In this document: positions 60,804 to 64,000 of the stretch, piece after piece | Position numbering within the stretch: the stretch's first letter is position 1 | Layout: each line of letters opens with the position of its first letter | DNA from: an uncultured bacterium | Lineage (GTDB): Bacteria > Chloroflexota > UBA5177 > JANWHV01 | Length of the DNA stretch: 64,000 bases | Reading direction: 5' to 3' | Assembly (NCBI GenBank): GCA_963729625.1 | Contig: CAVSOU010000007.1 | Span: forward strand, 384,001-448,000 | Notes under the pieces: model-generated | Databases searched by the model: none | Told to the model about the DNA's origin: nothing | What the model saw: only the letters and a program-made list of their open reading frames with translations | Position numbers and translations under genes: made by a program

Positions 60804-62207
60804 CTAGCCTCCTATCCGGTTCAGCGCGTCGAATGCCGCGACTTTGTAGCACTCGGCCAGCGTCGGATAGTTGAACACTGTGTTCACGAAGTACTCCGCA
60901 GTGCCGCCGAAGGCGATGACAGCCTGGCCGATATGCACGAGCTCACTCGCAGCCTCGCCGATGATGTGCACGCCCAGCAACTTGCGCGAGTCTGAGTGGA
61001 AGATCAGCTTCAGCATGCCCAACTGGTCGCCGATAATCTGGCCGCGCGCGATCTCCTTGTAGTTGGCCTTCCCAACCTCGTACGGGGTATTCTCGTTCGT
61101 GAGCTCCGCCTCTGTCTTTCCCACCATCGATATCTCAGGGATCGTGTAGATGCCGTAGGGGAAGTGCGCGGGCACACTGCTCACAGTCAGACCGAATGCG
61201 TGCGACGCGGCGACTCTGCCTTGCTCCATAGAGGTCGAGGCAAGAGCAGGAAAGCCGATAACGTCACCCACGGCGTAGATGTGCGGAACCGCGCTCTGAT
61301 AGTGCTCGTTGACCACGACGCGGCCGCGGTCGTCGGGCACGATGCCGGCGGCAGCCAGGTTAAGCGACGCGGTGGCGCCAACGCGCCCTACGCTGTACAG
61401 AGCCTTGTCTGTGGTCAATCGCTTGCCGCTCTTCAGATGGGTGACAACCTTGCCTTGGTCGTTGAGCTCGAGACGCTCCACCGTCTCGCCGAGGCGAAGC
61501 ACCACGTTGTTCTCGCGAAGGTGAAAGGCAAGAGCATCGGCGATTTCTCCGTCGACAAATGGGAGCAAGTCAGGTCGCGAATCGACCACGGTCACACGCG
61601 TGCCCAGCGCGGCGAACATCGACGCATACTCACATCCGATCACGCCGGCCCCGACTACCGCGAGCGTGCGCGGCAACTGTTCGAGCCGGAGAATAGCGTC
61701 GCTCGTAAAGATGGCCTGATCGTCGACGGCGACGTCGCGCGGCTGCGCGGCATCCGTGCCCGTGGCGACAACCACGAACGCCGCCGACACCTGCCGCGTG
61801 CCCGTACCGTCCAGCAGATCAAGATTTACGGTGTGTTCGTCGGCAAACGAGGCAGACGCGCGGATGAGATCGACATTGTTTCGATACATTTGATGCTGGA
61901 TGACGTCTAGCTCGTGCTGGATGACGTAGGTCGTGCGGATCAGCAGGTCGTTGATCGTGATGTCGTGCTTCACGGCGTAGCTCTCGCCGTAAAAGGCGTG
62001 CTCTCGCCAGCCCGACAGATAGAGGACAGCCTCGCGCAGTGTCTTGCTTGGGATGGTGCCGGTGTTGATACAGGTGCCGCCGACCACCGCCTTCTTCTCT
62101 ACGATAGCGACGCGCTTCCCTGCCTTTGTCGCCGCGATGGCCGCTTTCTGGCCAGCCGGCCCGGTGCCAAGCACGACCAGGTCGTACTCGTGTGCCATGA
62201 TACTCAT
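60804..62207 (-). CDS. sthA: Soluble pyridine nucleotide transhydrogenase
   Basis: GGTCINTGTIPSKTLRE (CxxxT-type), GAGVIGCEYAS, LASTSMEQGR, YGIYTIPEIS, FNYPTLAECYKVAA. Confidence 0.93.
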   Translation of the reverse strand: MSIMAHEYDLVVLGTGPAGQKAAIAATKAGKRVAIVEKKAVVGGTCINTGTIPSKTLREAVLYLSGWREHAFYGESYAVKHDITINDLLIRTTYVIQHELDVIQHQMYRNNVDLIRASASFADEHTVNLDLLDGTGTRQVSAAFVVVATGTDAAQPRDVAVDDQAIFTSDAILRLEQLPRTLAVVGAGVIGCEYASMFAALGTRVTVVDSRPDLLPFVDGEIADALAFHLRENNVVLRLGETVERLELNDQGKVVTHLKSGKRLTTDKALYSVGRVGATASLNLAAAGIVPDDRGRVVVNEHYQSAVPHIYAVGDVIGFPALASTSMEQGRVAASHAFGLTVSSVPAHFPYGIYTIPEISMVGKTEAELTNENTPYEVGKANYKEIARGQIIGDQLGMLKLIFHSDSRKLLGVHIIGEAASELVHIGQAVIAFGGTAEYFVNTVFNYPTLAECYKVAAFDALNRIGG

Positions 62208-62403
62208 GATCGGTCGTCGCCTCCAGGTCGCCGGGTCTGAACCGGCGATCCGTGCCTCACAGTCCTGACCCATGCTAGCAGAGAATCAGCTAGTCGATCG
62301 TCCAGGTCCCCTCCCGCCGAATTCGGCGATGTCCAGACCGGTGTCACGGGGCATGATGGAATAGCAGTAGCGGCATCGAGCCGCTCAAAAGAGGGAGCAT
62401 ACA

Positions 62404-63327
62404 ATGAGCGGACAAACACAAGCGCAGCCCGGCGTACTGGCCGGAATCTCGGACGAGCTGGCCGGCGCGGTCGAGCGGGCCGGGCTGAGTACCGTCGCGG
62501 TGCGGGCACGGCGGCACATCGCCGCGGGCGGCGTGCTTTGGGCGCCGGGCGTGGTCGTCACAGCCGATCACGTTGTGGAGAACGACGAGGACATCAAGGT
62601 CGTGCTGCCATCCGGTGAGGAAGTTCGCGCTACTCTGGCAGGTCGCGACGGCGGAACGGACCTCGCGGTGCTGCGGATCGACAACAGCACCGCCGTGCCG
62701 GCCCAGATCGGTGACTCAGCCGGGCTGCGTGTTGGTCAGCTGGCGCTTGCCGTGGCGAGGCCAGGTGGAGAGGGGCTCGCAGCGAGCATCGGCATCATCA
62801 GCGCGATAAGTGGCAGTTGGCGCACGTGGCGCGGCGGGACGATCGACGCGCTCGTACGGACCGACCTCACCCTCTACCCTGGCTTCTCCGGCGGTCCGCT
62901 TGTGGACGTGCAAGGGCGAGTCGTGGGCATCAACACGTCGGGCCTTTCGCGCGGTCATTCGCTGATAATCCCGTCGCAAACCGTCAAGCGAGTCTCCGAC
63001 ACGCTGCTAGCACGCGGACGCGTCAGCCAGGGATACCTTGGCGTGGGCCTGCAACCCGTCCAGCTGCCCGGTGACCTGGCGCAGAAGCTTGGCCTGCCGC
63101 ACACAAGCGGCGTGATCCTGGTCACCGTCGATGCCGGTGGGCCGGCAGCGACCGCAGGGCTCATGCTTGGCGACATCATCATCGCCCTGGGTGATCAAGC
63201 AACCGCGGACACGAACGACGTGCAGGCACAGCTCGGCCCCGACAGCGTGGGCAAGACGCTCTCGACCAGGCTGATTCGTGGCGGCGAGCTGAAGACGGTC
63301 TCGGTTACAGTAGGCGAGCGGCAATAA
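62404..63327 (+). CDS. Cytoplasmic HtrA-like trypsin serine protease with PDZ
   Basis: TADHVV, TDLAVL, PGFSGGPL, GYLGV PDZ start; no signal peptide. Confidence 0.9.
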   Translation: MSGQTQAQPGVLAGISDELAGAVERAGLSTVAVRARRHIAAGGVLWAPGVVVTADHVVENDEDIKVVLPSGEEVRATLAGRDGGTDLAVLRIDNSTAVPAQIGDSAGLRVGQLALAVARPGGEGLAASIGIISAISGSWRTWRGGTIDALVRTDLTLYPGFSGGPLVDVQGRVVGINTSGLSRGHSLIIPSQTVKRVSDTLLARGRVSQGYLGVGLQPVQLPGDLAQKLGLPHTSGVILVTVDAGGPAATAGLMLGDIIIALGDQATADTNDVQAQLGPDSVGKTLSTRLIRGGELKTVSVTVGERQ

Positions 63328-63357
63328 GCACACCTCAGTTTCGATCGGAACTCACAC

Positions 63358-64000
63358 ATGACAGCAATACTGCAGGAACAAGTCGCTCGGGCGCCGGGTA
63401 TGAACGCGGCCGCAACCCATCTCGCCGCCACGCTGCGAGCGTCGACTGTGGAGATCAGGGTCGACGGCCACGGCAACGGATCTGGCGTGATCTGGCGTAG
63501 CGACGGGTTGATCGTCACCAACGCTCACGTCGTGCGCGGAGACCAGGTGAATGTTGTGCTGGCGGACGCCCGCCAGCTACGCGGTCACGTGATAGATCGC
63601 AGCGCCGAGTACGACCTTGCGGCCGTGCGCGTGACCGCAGATAATCTTCAACAGGCAGAGATCGGGGATTCGTCAAGGCTTCGCGCCGGTCAGCTCGTGA
63701 TGGCGATGGGCCATCCCCTTGGTGTAAAGGACGCGCTGAGCATGGGGATCGTGCACATGGCCCCGTCCAGCCGGACGGACGGACCGGGGGAGCGCTGGAT
63801 CCAGGCAGATCTGAGTCTGCTGCCCGGCAATTCCGGTGGCCCGCTCGTCAATGCAGATGGGCGCGTCATCGGAGTCAACAGCATGGTGGCGGGGGGTCTT
63901 GCGCTGGCGGTGCCCAGCAACGTGGTAGAACGTTTTGTATCGGGAACGCTGCGGCCCGCCTTCCTTGGAGTGCAGACTCAGGTCGTCAATCTGGTGGGAA
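63358..64000 (+). CDS. Second HtrA-like trypsin serine protease (partial, runs off the right edge)
   Basis: Hand translation: GNGSGVIW..LIVTNAHVV, YDLAAV, LPGNSGGPLVN, FLGV. Confidence 0.9.
   Translation, partial: MTAILQEQVARAPGMNAAATHLAATLRASTVEIRVDGHGNGSGVIWRSDGLIVTNAHVVRGDQVNVVLADARQLRGHVIDRSAEYDLAAVRVTADNLQQAEIGDSSRLRAGQLVMAMGHPLGVKDALSMGIVHMAPSSRTDGPGERWIQADLSLLPGNSGGPLVNADGRVIGVNSMVAGGLALAVPSNVVERFVSGTLRPAFLGVQTQVVNLVG

Noticed and set aside
947-63327. Genome-wide TAG recoding as an explanation for the REC-TAG-ECF frame
   Set aside because: Many conserved genes (xfp, pntB, nadA, nadC, greA, metH, rocF, sthA) end at TAG at their normal C-termini.
1-64000. CRISPR arrays, tRNA/rRNA genes, prophage or defence genes
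   Set aside because: No spaced repeats, cloverleaf or rRNA signatures, or phage/defence motifs were seen.

Overview
A high-GC bacterial chromosomal segment with about 50 genes. A Chloroflexota-like, flagellated soil organism is my tentative reading from gene style, not a tested assignment. No tRNA, rRNA, CRISPR array or prophage was seen. Most genes are metabolic: a co-oriented minus-strand block nrtR-nadB-nadC-nadA-pntA1-pntA2-pntB-glgX-xfp, plus metH, greA, two aldo/keto reductases, a MoxR/DUF58/DUF4129 triad, a divergent class II aldolase with an FGGY kinase, NAD-dependent fdh, uxaE, arginase, sthA and tandem HtrA-like proteases. Motility and c-di-GMP elements are present: a sigma-28 promoter ahead of an MCP, a FapA fused to a degenerate PilZ-like domain, and a c-di-GMP-I riboswitch upstream of a secreted papain-like protease that the ORF track misses. 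One complete IS1380-family element (16-bp perfect TIRs, CTAG target duplication) sits between the likely RBS and the start codon of a DHA2 efflux gene. The most unusual observations are: a 119-aa secreted mini-protein with two Cys-stapled DPDGDG loops resembling the start of lanmodulin/EF-hand loops; a pseudo-receiver gene separated from an ECF sigma factor only by an in-frame TAG, with no canonical start for the sigma N-terminus; a beta-propeller plus ubiquitin-like MoaD pair; and an ApbE/FMN-bind operon with Pho-box-like repeats. All calls come from motif recognition by eye; no database searches were run.
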